A DNA stretch of 64,000 nucleotides from Octopus bimaculoides (taxonomy: Eukaryota), in NCBI RefSeq assembly GCF_001194135.2, contig NC_068994.1, positions 43,390,945 through 43,454,944 on the forward strand. The letters are read 5' to 3'. The position numbers were made by a program, and so were the translations under genes. Shown one piece after another: positions 36,901 to 50,917 of the stretch. How positions within the stretch are numbered: the first letter of the stretch is position 1; every line of letters starts with the position of its first letter. The notes beneath the pieces were generated by a model. That model saw only the letters and a list, made by a program, of their open reading frames with translations. It was not told the origin of the DNA and did not search any database.

Positions 36901-37714
36901 ACATATTAGAGAGATAAAAGTAGATATATGATTGGCAATGAATTCAGTGATATGTTTAGAATGCATCAAAGTGTACTTTTGTGACTCTCTTTTTCTATTG
37001 TAATCATGTTTAAAATTTTTCATTGTTTAATAAGGGGAAGAAAAGGGCTCATGAACTTCTTCAGGGCCTCTGTGACATATTGGAGGAAGAGAAACTGTTA
37101 TCCTTAGATCAGAGAACTGGCCTGGATGCTTGCAACACAGGGAATTTTGCTAAAGGTTTCTAAGGGCTAGATGATGATGTTGAACCAAGCAACAGACTGA
37201 ATCTATTATGCAAGAACATGAAAATGGTCTCACGCTCAGATTTCCACTCACATTTTCTGTCAATTAAATTTCACTCTCAAAGCTTTGTTTGACCTCAAGC
37301 TATGGCAAAAGACACTTTACATGCTAAGAACCAGAAACTATGTAAATGCAAAGCAAATTATTCCTTCACAAAAATGTTCTCAGCTAAATTACACCTGCTG
37401 AAGTGTTAACTTGGGTTCCCAATTCTTAATGGAGTCATTGGACATTTTTTAGATTCGACCATCCCTAGGTCTAAACACAACAAATTCCTTCAAGAGAGAA
37501 TGTATGTGTGTATGCGTGTGTGTGTGTGTGTGCACACGTGAGAGAGAGAGAGAGAGAGAGAAAGAGTGATTGAGAGAGAAGCAGACAGATAGAGAGACAC
37601 AGGGGCAGACAGAAAAAAAGAGAAGTAGAGAGAAGAAAGAGAAAAATCAACCCCTAATCCAGAACTAATATTTTATTCAGTTCTATATTTAAGAGATGAG
37701 TAATTATGTACATT

Positions 37715-37943
37715 ATTTACATTATTTACATTTGACGGATATTTGTCCTCATCTTGTCTGTTGTTAATACAACGTTTCAGCTGATATACCCTCCAGCCTT
37801 CATCAGGTGTCTTGGGGAAATTTCGAACCTGGGTTCTCATTCCTAAGGTATTTTTCGGAGGCTGGAGGGTATATCAGCCGAAATGTTGTGTTAACAACAA
37901 ACATGATGAGGACAAATATCCGTCAAATGTAAATAATGTAAAT
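37715..37943. mobile_element. Family H2 fold-back element with ~85-bp inverted arms
   Basis: Arms 37715-37799 and 37859-37943 are near-identical. The minus-strand HHR at 37766-37811 reads GACAC CTGATGA A GGCTG GAGGGTATAT CAGCT GAA ACGT T GTATT. Confidence 0.85.
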
Positions 37944-38710
37944 AGTGTAATATTTTATTTATCAACTCTGAAAGAATAGCAAGCAAAGTTGACCTCAATG
38001 ATATTCGAACTCAAAGTACAGTGATCCAGTAAAAATATCACAAGGCATTCCATCTAATGCTCTAATGATTCAGTCAGCATGCCATCTTATGTAGAAATGG
38101 TTTTATACCAACAACCAGACCATTCCAAATTAAATCATAAGGTATTACTTTAAATACAAAGTTTTTTGAAGTCAAAGATCTCTTAAGGTGAACAAAATCA
38201 AGGTCGTCATTAGTAGTAGGAGTCTTATGTAGTTCAACAGATTTGTAGAGATGGCTACATTCAATTTACAGGAAAGGAGCAAAAGGAAACTTGTAATACT
38301 ATGTTGCCTGTGAAATGAACGGTTTCACAGAGGATGCACTAAAATTTTAGATAGTTTGGCAATGAATCAAGAAGTTAAGTGCATCAAATGTACTTCAGAG
38401 TAAGCAGTTAAGAGCTTTTCAATTCTTTAACTATTTTGTTTTATTACTGTTGAACATCTATCAGACACCATAAATTTCTCTGTTTATAAAAAATGAAAGT
38501 TTAGTACATCTTATGAAGCTTCTGGATGTTATATACCAAAATACCCAACTGATTTCAATAGTTAACTTACACTAAATGAATGAATTCTTGTGGAATGCTT
38601 ATAGTCTAGAGAATGGCTATGAGATGGGATCTAATGTATGTAATATAGTGAATCACAAAATTTTTATTAATTAATATATTCAATTTGTAGGCAACTCTCT
38701 CTCAAGGATC

Positions 38711-39105
38711 TTAAGAAGCTTGCTTTGTAAACACATGGCTCTGGGTTCAGTTTCACTGCATGGCACCTGGTTTTCTACTATAGCCTTGGACCATCTAATG
38801 CCTTGTAAGTGAATTTGATAGATAGAAACTGTGTGGAAACCTGTTGTAAATACGTCTGTCTGTCTGAGTGTGCATGTGTGTGTGTGTGTATGTATGTGTG
38901 TGCATGCATACTGTTGTGTGTGTTTGTGCATATGTGTGACTCAGTGTTTATGTTGTATTTGTCTCCTCTCTGCCACTTCATGGGTGATTAAGTACCAAGC
39001 TAAAATTAAGTATTGGGGGTCAATTAGTTTGACTAAAATCCTTGAAGTCAATGCCCCAGAAGTATTGCAGTCCAATGACTAATAAAGTAATATATAAAAG
39101 ATAAA
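38711..39105 (+). mobile_element. tRNA-derived SINE family A
   Basis: Head, tggcacctgg...ctactatagcc, (TG)n and 3' half as in 28034-28445. Confidence 0.75.
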
Positions 39106-39917
39106 GCTAAATCTCCTTATAGTGTTTAAAATCTAAAAATGAATTTTAACATACTCCAAAAGGAAGAGTTGAGGTTTGCATACTAATTATGTGACTAAAT
39201 CCACTTCAAACAAGTTTTTCCACTCACAGTATTATATGTATGAAATCCTAATGTATGCACATTCTTCAGAGATACTGTCCCTTAGCCATATTGTGAAATA
39301 GTTATCTTGCTAATTAAAGCAAGATTAATTAAAGACAGCAGAAAATTTTAGTGTTGTTCAGTGCTGGCACATATCAATACAGAACTTATTTGTTCTCTCT
39401 TTCAACACCAGTCATAGCATTTTAATTATATCTCTATGCATTTATGGCATACTTCTAATATCTTGGAAGCATCATTAGAAAAGAGGTAGGATCCTCTTGA
39501 TAACAGTATTTCTGGTTAGCTGTATTAAATCTAATGTAGACATGCTGATCCAATGAGGTCAATATAAACAGGGCGGGCTCTCTAGGATACTTTTAGAGCT
39601 ATCAGTATTACTTCTGAAGTCATGGGGAAATTAAATTTTGCATTAAGTTGATGCTGCTAAATTCAACCAATCAGCTAGAATCTAATTAAATCCTTTGTTA
39701 AAATGAGGCTGTTGATTGTCATTCTATAATCACTTAATTATTACCTTTTAAGTTCATTACCTTCATATTTCACTAGTAAACCCATTAATGCCAGTTGGAT
39801 ATTTCCATTTTTCTAGCCAATACTAATATTTAACCTGTGGTATATTCTCATTCATTTTCATGTCTAATTTCATCGAATACACTAGACCATGACTTTATTT
39901 CTCTCCGCTGCATACAG

Positions 39918-40052
39918 CACTTTAACTTCAGCATTCCATTCCAATCATGACTCCCTCCCAGCTAAGATCTTAAATTTACTTCTCTCAACAATAACAACTA
40001 ATGCACAGCACTGTCATGGTTCTGATCTGGAAACTACTGAAGTCTTACACAA
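39918..40052 (+). CDS. Candidate symmetric exon, 135 nt, phase 2-2 (TLTSAFHSNHDSLPAKILNLLLSTITTNAQHCHGSDLETTEVLH)
   Basis: Acceptor tttatttctctccgctgcatacag, donor AA|GTGAAT, frame bounded by stops just outside the splice sites. No homology recognised. Confidence 0.3.
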
Positions 40053-41939
40053 GTGAATAGAATCGTGATTGGGATGCAGTTTCTATAATAACGCAGTAAT
40101 GAACTAAACATTAAAAAAAAAAAAAAAAACATTACTTTGCTTTTTCCTTTTATTCCTTAGAAATATATCCCCAGGCCCAACACATTAAACTGTTAATGAA
40201 GATATACATAAGAATAGTAATGCATGATAATAGTTAATCATAAAACAGCATTATGTTATTACTAACACAAAGAACTAACTTTGAATACTTTTAACACTGA
40301 CATTAAAATTTCTTAATGCTTATATTTGTAATTATGGTTTATTTTATTTAAGTACACATTCATTTGAGTAGTAACAGTATAAAGTAGATCAACACTCTTT
40401 ATGTCTATCCATACTTGAACACTACTCACAAAGCATTACATCATTAACTTCTTCTGTATGTTTAAGATCTAAAACCCACCAACATTATAATTGATAACGG
40501 TATCAGTTCATTCGGAGTTATAAAAACAGTATAGATGTGTATTTAATGACACGGAAAATATTTGGTGAATACTCTCTGATTGTGTTTAAAATAAGTGATT
40601 TTAATTATAGATTACAAAACTTTAGAGTTACATCGTAGTCCTTAACCACTCATAAACCATTTGCCAAATTCTCAAGACTGAAACATATGTGTCTACATCT
40701 TTTGAGAAAGAACAACAGGATATTAATCTTTCTAACTAGTAAAGAGGAGTATCAGAAGTATTGAATGCCATCGAGTACCATCTATTATAACACGGAGTAG
40801 GTCAGTGGGATTCAGAGGACTGTAATCCCTAGAATACCTTCTTCTTTAATGATATACAAATACTCTTTTCTTTTATTCTTTTACTGGTTTCAGCCAAAGG
40901 CTGGTGCCATCCTGGAGCACTGCCTTATATATTATAATAATATTTTACCCATTGCCCATGTTCTCATACTGAATATATTAGACGCAGTAAATATTTTCTG
41001 CGGATATATTCCTGGAATTAGCGAGCCAAAATGAAGACTTTTGAATTTTACCATTAAGCTGTAATTAGCAGAACCATATGCACGCGCACCCATGGCGGTG
41101 GGCAACTCTGTATACGATTCTGATGATTACGGTTAAATTACAAATCAGGCTGATGAGGAATAGACAAATGGTAAGAATTTGTTAAATCCCAAACTAGTTC
41201 CTGTTTAATAATGCTTTTTTNNNNNNNNNNNNNNNNNNNNNNNNNNNNNNNNNNNNNNNNNNNNNNNNNNNNNNNNNNNNNNNNNNNNNNNNNNNNNNNN
41301 NNNNNNNNNNNNNNNNNNNNNNNNNNNNNNNNNNNNNNNNNNNNNNNNNNNNNNNNNNNNNNNNNNNNNNNNNNNNNNNNNNNNNNNNNNNNNNNNNNNN
41401 NNNNNNNNNNNNNNNNNNNNNNNNNNNNNNNNNNNNNNNNNNNNNNNNNNNNNNNNNNNNNNNNNNNNNNNNNNNNNNNNNNNNNNNNNNNNNNNNNNNN
41501 NNNNNNNNNNNNNNNNNNNNNNNNNNNNNNNNNNNNNNNNNNNNNNNNNNNNNNNNNNNNNNNNNNNNNNNNNNNNNNNNNNNNNNNNATATATATATAT
41601 ATATATATATATACACGCCTATATATATACATATATACATATTTATATATAAATATACACACACACACATATGCACACACACATACACACACACATGCAT
41701 ACATATATCAATTAAATTTGGGGTGTATGTGGTGCCAACGTGTAGAATTGCAAGTTATGTATGTAACCCTTTTGTTACCTCATTTCTGTTGAAAAAAATT
41801 GCCTCTGTTTCAATTAATTTTGAAAACACTAAAATATTTAGTAAAATAACTTTATCATTACTAAGCTAGTGTTTGGGACCAGTTGTCATGCAATCGGGAG
41901 GAGACAAACACAAAGTCACACACATACACATATGCACAT

Positions 41940-42195
41940 ATCCAAATATACATATATGATGGGCTTCCACACAGTTTTCATCTACTAAATTCATTTACAA
42001 GACATTGGTTGGCCTGGGACACTTACCCAGTAGAGTAAGTAAGTAGGGGACACTTACCCAGCAGAGTAAGTACTGGAATTTTAAAGTAAGTACTGAGGTG
42101 GATTTGTCCAACTAAAACTGTCAAGGCAGTGCCCCAGTATGGCTTCAGTCCTATGGGTCAAACAAGAAAGAGATTAAAAGATAAAGGATAAAAGA
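41940..42195. mobile_element. Chimeric SINE family A fragments in opposite orientation
   Basis: Minus-strand body fragment joined to a plus-strand 3' half through a duplicated gggacacttacccag(t/c)agagtaagta (starts 42016 and 42047). Confidence 0.55.
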
Positions 42196-43491
42196 GTGAT
42201 ACAGTGTGATATACAGTCAGAACATATTATATATATTTTAATTTCTAGCTTGTTTCTAAGTCAAAAGCATTAATAGGTGAATAGAACAGAGTCAGAGAAA
42301 TTTGACTTGGTAGGAACATGGTTGATTTGATTCTTCCAGAAATGTTATACAGGGTCGCTGAACCATCACAATATCTTAACCAAGAGAAGAAATTGATTTT
42401 ACAGTCATGTTGGTATATGTATGAGTTTTGTGTTGCATTCATATGGATTAGATGGAGGAGATAATAAATTTAAAACTTGTGTTGTATCTCTATTCTTATT
42501 ACTGAATAATCATGCATCTAAGGTGTTTGCAAGAGTTCATAAATGTAGTTTTCAGGATTTGCAATATATGAAATAGAAGACAGCAAGCACAAAATTATGT
42601 CTGTTGCATGTCTAGGTGGTCTTTGAATTTAAAATTTGAATATTTTAGATATTACAGAGTACTCACACACGATACCGCTATCTATTCCTTTGCATGTTCC
42701 CTTTACATATTGCTCAGCTATGCGATGAATATTTAAATTTATCTTCTCTCTTGTGTCTATTTTGTGCGTGTGTTTTCATTCAGTTCATTCATTCATGTCT
42801 GAACGTAGATCTGCGTATTAGCATTTATGCATATAGAGATTGTTATAAATTTACTGGACATATTTCACCAAAAGAATATAAAGGCTGTATTTGTTTGTAT
42901 ATGTTTATGTGTGTGCTGATAGATATTTCATATCAAATTTACAATATAGGGAAAGTTTGATGCAATTATTCACAACCATATTTTGATATAAATCCTTATG
43001 AATAATTCAACCCATATTTTCGTAAGAGATATCATAATCATGAGTATGCTTATGATATAGAGAAAACAATCTAGAAAAGGAAGTTACCACAAGCAGTTAT
43101 CTATAGCTATTATCTTTTCCTTGTGTTTTATAGAGCAGCTTAGTTTGCAATTTGTAGATATCAAGGCAGGATCCACATTAACATATAACATGTTGTTCCC
43201 TTAATTGGAACTGTTAAAAAATCTGAGAAGGAAGACTAGAATATTCACAGCTAAATGTTTAGCATTCTTCTCCTGGCAACCACAATCAAGATCAGTTGAA
43301 TATGTAAAGCTGCATAGAATAGCTGGCTATACTTTCAAGTATGATTCAAATCAATTATTTGACACATGGTGTGGATCATGAAAGCAGAAAGTAGGGGGGA
43401 AAAAAAAACATGTGGCAATATTGGGGTATAACAGTGAGCGTGTATAACTGAAGAGTAATATCTAAGATGTTACTCCTCAACCACCACCACC

Positions 43492-43525
<34 letters not shown>

Positions 43526-43550
43526 TTGTCATTATCATTATCATCATAGT

Positions 43551-43614
<64 letters not shown>

Positions 43615-43800
43615 TTTTTAATACTCATTTTCTTATTCTTACATAGATTATTAAGGTAGATTTTTCTACAGCCAGACATGCTTTAGCCGAAATATTTGGA
43701 ATGGGTGACACTGCTTGTATGACTCTGACACTTGTTTACAGCAATCCCATGAGGTCAAGACAAGAAGATACAAACATACACATACTCACTCTCACATATA

Positions 43801-43856
<56 letters not shown>

Positions 43857-43959
43857 NNNNNNNNNNNNNNNNNNNNNNNNNNNNNNNNNNNNNNNNNNNN
43901 NNNNNNNNNNNNNNNNNNNNNNNNNNNNNNNNNNNNATATATATACTTATGTCTGTGTG

Positions 43960-44200
43960 TATGTGCATGTGTGTGTGTGTTTGTGTGTGTGTTTGTCTCT
44001 GTGTTGTCCCCCACTACCACTGGACAACTGTGCTAGTTTGATTACATTACATTCTGTAACTTAGTAGTTCAGGAAAAGAGATTGATAGAATAAGAACCAG
44101 ACTTAAAAAGTAAGTACTGGGGTCGATTTGTCCAGCCTTTCAATGCAATTCAGTGTTCCAGCATGGCCATAATCTAATGATTGATACATGTAAAAGATGA
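43960..44200 (+). mobile_element. SINE family A, 3' half
   Basis: (TG)n, then gtcccccac...aagtactggggtcgatttg...ccagcatggcc...gtaaaagatg. Confidence 0.65.
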
Positions 44201-44884
44201 AAATATTGGCTGAGTCATTAGAGTGCTTGGACAAAATACCTTGTGATATTTATTCCAGCATCTTGCATTCTGAGTTCAAATCTAATGAAGGCTAACTTTG
44301 TCTTTAGTCTTTTAAAGGTCCATGAGTAGGGGACTAAAAAGATCAGAGGAGGTGTCTTGAGCATGAATCCCATTGTGATCTACATGGGAGAAAGACTCAA
44401 TCTATTGTCCAATTTAACACAAACATTTGGTCTTTGAGTGCCTTCAGCAGAATACACTCAATTGCAAGAACTCAAGCTAGACCTATAGTTTGAGAATAGC
44501 TTCTTCTCTCCCTCCCATTTATCTCAAAGGATCAAGGTATTGCCCTTTCCTCTTGACTAAAAGATAAAGATTTAAAAACAAACAGATGAAATAGTCTCGA
44601 CAACAAGCATAAAAGAAAAGTCTAATACACCCAGTACACTAGGTTTAACGCTGAAATGGTGTTTTATTAAAAGACTGCCAAAGCAGACAGTATAATTAAT
44701 AAACAGTTTAGAACTTATAAATTAATTTTCACACTAACAGCCTTTTGTACTCTATTTCATAAAACGCTATGTTCCAGATGCATTATTCATGTTTCTTTCC
44801 TCAGTTGAGATATTTGTCATATTTGGATATTAAACAAAGGCTTGAGAGTTCAGTCCTGAACTAAGCCCATGTACATGTGAGTGT

Positions 44885-44885
44885 G

Positions 44886-44970
<85 letters not shown>

Positions 44971-44990
44971 TGTGTGTGTGTATGTGTGTG
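44885..44990. repeat. (TG)n microsatellite; other long tracts include (TA)n 2559-2654, (TG)n 10022-10095, (TTC)n(TTA)n 48968-49100 and (TA)n 53801-53876
   Basis: Direct reading of the sequence. Confidence 0.95.
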
Positions 44991-45164
44991 TGTGTGTATG
45001 TGTGTCTGTCTGTGTGTCTGTGTTTCTATTGCCATCACCTCCACCATAACCACCTTCTCAAATATGTGCTGAGTAGGACTTTGAGTTTTGTTTGACTTTA
45101 TGTCAACTAACCTGTCGGTGAAACTTAGTATATGTGTATATGTGTGTATAAGTATACATACATA

Positions 45165-45243
<79 letters not shown>

Positions 45244-45849
45244 GCACACACATGCATGCAGATAAATACATGTAAATATATAACATACCTGTATAATATA
45301 TATATGTGTGTGTGTGTGTTTGTCTGTGTATACACATATAGATATATAGATATATAAATAGATATATGCATATATATAAATATATATTATTATTTACAGA
45401 ATCATGAAATTCAGGACCGCTTATCAAATCATCACAGTAACTATATATATATGCATACATATACACACATATGCATCCATACATCATACACATTCAGACA
45501 TATGTATATATATGCCACCTGACAACAAATTGTTAAAAACAGCAAAGCTAAGTTTAATTGTTCATAAGTCATTTAGTCAGTTTTAATCATAACTTATCCA
45601 AAATATTTAGATGTGTACATTTCAACAGTTATCCACTATGAACGTTATACAATTACTTGTGTCCAGCATAAATTATCCAAGACTAAACTATGATAGTTTT
45701 AATTTACACTGTCTCCAATAGAAATTTGCATATTTATGTCTAAATCTTAAGTTTGCTTTATCAGAAGTGATTGTAGCATTCTTGTAATAAACAATTATGA
45801 ATTTTACTTGTCAAGATTTGCTAATTCTCTTCTTAATATTTTCTTGAAG

Positions 45850-46062
45850 AGCAGTGAGCTGGCAAAATCTTTAGTATGCCAGGTAAAATGCTTCACTACA
45901 TTTCGTTCATCTTTACATTCTGTGTTCAATTTCCTCCAAGGTCGACTTTGTATTTCGTTGTTTCAGGGTCATTGAGATAAATATCAGTTAAGTGCTGGCA
46001 TAAATGTAATTGACTTACCACTTCTTCCAGATTGTTGGATTGTTCTAAAATGTGAAACCAAT
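45850..46062 (+). mobile_element. tRNA-derived SINE family B
   Basis: gcagtgagctggcaaaatc...ttctgtgttcaatttc...gtcgactttg...tgtaattgacttacc...tgtgaaaccaat. Confidence 0.75.
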
Positions 46063-47046
46063 ATTTTTTTTTTTTTTTTTTTTTTTTTTTGAAATTTAAC
46101 CAAATTTCATTCTTTCTAAGTTATTTTACAGAGGTATACCAAAGGAACAAATCAAAGAGTGTATAATATTACCATATATTCTGGCATACAAGTTGAATTT
46201 TTCAGACCAAAATTTAGAGCCAAAATTTCCATGAAAAAAGCAGCAACATTTGGAATGATAATGATGATGTTTCATATCTATTTTATGTTAAAATGTATGG
46301 AATGGATTTAGTTTACACTGTCACCAACAGAAATTTGTATATTTGTCTAAATCTTAAGTTTGCTTTATCAGAAGTGATTGTAGCAATCTTGTAATGAACA
46401 AATATAGATTTTACTTATCTAGATTTGTTAATTCTCTTCTTAGTATTTTCTTGGATCAACTCAGACATGAAATAAGAACAGTTGTTATTGTCCTTTAGAG
46501 CATGATGAGTTACATGTTTGGAAGGTTAGAACTCACAATTTCAAAGTAGTCAGTAATCCAGCCCTTTTTAACTCTTTCATTAGAACCTGTCTGATATATC
46601 CTCTGGGTCTAGGTTACAAGACCAACCATTTCAAAGTATTCATACTAAATTTAAAACTTCTATCATAATATTTTGTAATAAATTTTTAAAGTTATGTTCC
46701 AAAGAACCACTTAATCATAACCAAGTTAGTTATTTTATTAAACCCCTTCAAATATTTTATTATATTCAAAATTAATTGGAATACATACACAGAAAAACGT
46801 CCACCTCACACTTTGACCACACAAATAACATATCATGTACCAAATCTTGCAATTACTATGAACATAGTTTATTGATGCAGACTTGGTTATGCAGTTAAGA
46901 AGTTCACTTCACAATCATTTGATTTCAGGTTCAAATTCACTGTATGCATCTTAAACAAGTATGTTTTACTACAAGCCACACAGGCATGAATTCACTCACA
47001 CAATTGTGTGTGTGCACATGCATGTGTGTGTGTGTCCATGTGTGAA

Positions 47047-47085
<39 letters not shown>

Positions 47086-47807
47086 ATGTGCACAGGAACA
47101 TTATCATTTCTACTTCCATGCTGAGACCATCTGAGAAAAGAATACTGAAATCATGCTTACATTCAATGTGAACAATACACCTTGTAGTCCTGTACTTTGA
47201 AGCTTAATGAGTTAAGATGTCCCTTACTTGAAAAGCAAGCTAAGGGTTAGTGACAAGCGGAGCATCCAACTATTGCCTCAAATAAGTAACCATCAAACCC
47301 ATGCCAGCATGGATAAATAGACATAAAATGAATAAACAAAGTTTCAAATGGTAAAAACCTTTTATCTTAATAACAATATATCTTGTCTATAATGACTACA
47401 CAAAATGCGAAATGTATATAAACAACAATGATGCATTAGTAAAGCTTCCTGAATTTAAAATCTTATCCTATATTATCCCTTATTTAGCTATCATATCTTT
47501 CAATAAATTATACACAATAACTGCAACCATGCTGATTGTTAAAATATTCGAACATTGATGCTGTACTTTTAAAGTATAAATGTGTTTATAATAAGGTTTA
47601 GTATATATATATCTAAACTTCTTGGAACTTCACATCACAAATTTATTCATATAATATAATTACAAAACAAACTACAACACTACAGCTTCAAATCTTACAG
47701 TAAATATCATGTGTGATTATAGATATCATATACATTCACACATACACATACATATGCATTCAAATGCATATACACACATACACACACACACACACATAAT
47801 GCACAAA

Positions 47808-47853
<46 letters not shown>

Positions 47854-48460
47854 AAACTGCTTCATATAGAAAGGTAGGATTATAAAGAAATATGAATTAC
47901 AAAGAATTAAGAAATACATCAAAGAAACTTTAACATCATTTTTGCAGGAAGACAAAATATCAAGTGATTGCATTTCGTTCCTTACCATTGTTTCCCTTAC
48001 AGCTACAGTTCTGTATTAAAAGAACAGATTTTGTTTTGTCTGCTTTTGATGAAAGAAACATTCAAAATAATACTATTCTTTAGTATTCATAGCAAGCAGG
48101 TAATTTAGTTCAATAGCCTGGCACCCCAAGGGAGCATATTCAGAAAACTGTAAAAAAGAATTCCTGAGCGAAATCAATATCTCAGCCTATTTCTGTATCC
48201 GTTAAGCCTAAATGCAAATTTATCATGTAAGTATTCTAGCGGAGATATTTTATTCTTCAACCATACAATGGTAGATTCAATCAGTGACTCCATTTAGCAT
48301 CAGCACCTGGCTTCTGGGTGCCTTTAGTGGAGATTCCACTCCATTACAAGCATTCAGACCAGATCTTCAGTCTTCTTTTCTCCCACCAGACTCAGTGTCT
48401 GAAGAAGGTCAAGTGCACTTCCATTCTCTCTCTCTCTTTCTTTCTCTCTCTCTCTCTCTT

Positions 48461-48497
<37 letters not shown>

Positions 48498-48635
48498 NNN
48501 NNNNNNNNNNNNNNNNNNNNNNNNNNNNNNNNNNNNNNNNNNNNNNNNNNNNNNNNNNNNNNNNNNNNNNNNNNNNNNNNNNNNNNNNNNNNNNNNNNNN
48601 NNNNNNNNNNNNNNNNNNNNNNNNNNNNNNNNNNN

Positions 48636-48671
<36 letters not shown>

Positions 48672-48733
48672 ACTAACACACACACAGATATATATATATA
48701 TATACATACAAACACACAATTATACAGTATACA

Positions 48734-48789
<56 letters not shown>

Positions 48790-48792
48790 CAT

Positions 48793-48952
48793 GGACATGA
48801 GGATGGACATACTATATCTGACCACCACAACAGTCCAGATATTCATTGCGGTAATCAAATTTTTGGCATTCAGGATGGATTTCAACACCATCTTCACACT
48901 GACCTTGACCTTCATTTCTCTATAGAATGTCATCCAGCTCCAAAACCTCTTA
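48793..48952 (-). mobile_element. R4/Dong-like non-LTR retrotransposon RT C-terminal fragment
   Basis: FYREMKVKVSVKMVLKSILNAKNLITAMNIWTVVVVRYSMSIL resembles the R4-clade motif +LKS.LN..N.I.AIN.WAV.V+RYS. A possible further remnant lies at 48250-48430. Confidence 0.65.
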
Positions 48953-48996
48953 TTATTATCATGATAATTCTTCTTCTTTTTCTTCTTCTTCTTCTT

Positions 48997-49088
<92 letters not shown>

Positions 49089-49118
49089 CATTATTATTAT
49101 TATCACCATCATTATTAA

Positions 49119-49566
49119 GGCAATGAGTGGGCAGAATTGTTAGCACAACAGACAAAATGCTTAGTGGCATTTCGTCTGTTTTTACATTCTTAGCTCAAAT
49201 TCTATTGAGGTTGGCTTTCAATAGATTAAGTACCAGAGAAACACTGGGGTCAATGTAATCGATTACTTCCCTCCCCATAAATTTCAGGCCTTTTACCTTT
49301 AGTAGAAAGGATTATAATTATTGTTATTGTTGTTGTTGTCGTTGTTGTTATCAAGGCGGTGAGCTGGCAGAATCATTAGCATAGCAGACGAAATACTTAG
49401 TGGTATTTTGCCCATCACTACATTCTGAGTTCAAATTCCACCGAGGTTGACTTTATCTGTCATACTTTTGGGGTCGATAAAATAAGTACCACTTAAACAC
49501 TAGAGTCAATGCAATCAACTCATCCCCTCCTGCAAAATTGTTGCCCTTGTGACAAAATTTGAAACC
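49119..49566 (+). mobile_element. Two tandem tRNA-derived SINE family B copies
   Basis: Heads ggcaatgagtgggcagaattgttagc (49119) and ggcggtgagctggcagaatcattagc (49355), B box gagttcaaattcc, trinucleotide tails. Confidence 0.85.
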
Positions 49567-49810
49567 ATTATTATTATTATTATTATCATTATTATACGCT
49601 GGAGCCAATTTCCCAGAAAGTAGAACTGCACGTTGACTATAATTTGTTGGTTGATTTGGAATAAATAGCATCATACAATAGAATTAGTAATCATTACTTT
49701 TTCTGCACCAAGGCCACAATATACAAGAACCAATCAATAAGCAAATTAAATCATTCACAGATATTGAATATATCAATATTTTCCTAATCCTCTCTTGTTT
49801 TTCTTATCAG

Positions 49811-49867
49811 ATTATTTCCTTATCTAGAGTAGGAAGTCAAGTAGAAAAACCTAAAGCTTCGGAATAG
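49811..49867 (+). CDS. Candidate short or terminal exon (IISLSRVGSQVEKPKASE*)
   Basis: Very strong acceptor ttttcctaatcctctcttgtttttcttatcag, followed by ~500 nt of SINE-free, UTR-like sequence. Confidence 0.15.
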   Translation: MISLSRVGSQVEKPKASE

Positions 49868-50598
49868 TATTAGTTGAGATTACGTTGTGTTAAGTAGCAT
49901 GAAGTGAAGTGGAGAGTTCAGTGTTAGGAATTGCTTTGCTGCTTCTTGCTTGTTATTACCTTTAACACTGCTGTAATTAGGAAACCAATCTAGTTAAGGC
50001 GATCTGCATTATTCAAACTAAATTATAAGACCAATTTCGGAAACTGTCACTTACCTCAATCTATCTTGCACAATAAATATATTTATGTTAGGAGAAGGAA
50101 GATAGTGCAAAAAAAAAAAAAAGAAGAAAAAGAAAAAATGTAATTATATTGAAAGTAGCTGAGGGAGTTAGACTGGATGTTTATATACCTTCACAATGTT
50201 TATATACTTTCTCAGTGTTGTGTTTCTTAATCAGAAGGTAGTCATGTAATCTGACAGAGAAATGATAAACTGGATGGGAAAAGGAGGGTAAAAAAAAAAA
50301 AAAATTACTTTGAAGAAAAACAGAATCTAGCAGCTGCTGAGATGATGAAGTTGGTGTTATGGTGAATGCACATGTGAATGAATGTATACATCTGTCAATC
50401 TATCATTTTGTATGTGCATGTGCATTTGTGTTGGTGTATGCATGTGTGTTTGCGTGTGTGTTCAAAAATATGTGTATCTTTTTTTAGATTTATATTTGAG
50501 TGTGTGTCTCATTATTGCAGACAACTGTTTTTTTTTTATTTGAGCATAAGTATGCAAACATAAACAGATATAAGCATGCATATGTGTGTCTGTGTGTG

Positions 50599-50665
<67 letters not shown>

Positions 50666-50834
50666 ATGATATATACATATGTGTGTGTGTATGTGTATAT
50701 ATATATATATATACACACATACATACACATTATTTCATCCACCTACATTTTAGTCTATGTACAAAGATTCACACAAACATAAACACAAATGCACACATAC
50801 ATACAATCACTGATGCTCACACATACATAAGTTG

Positions 50835-50869
<35 letters not shown>

Positions 50870-50879
50870 NNNNNNNNNN

Positions 50880-50917
<38 letters not shown>

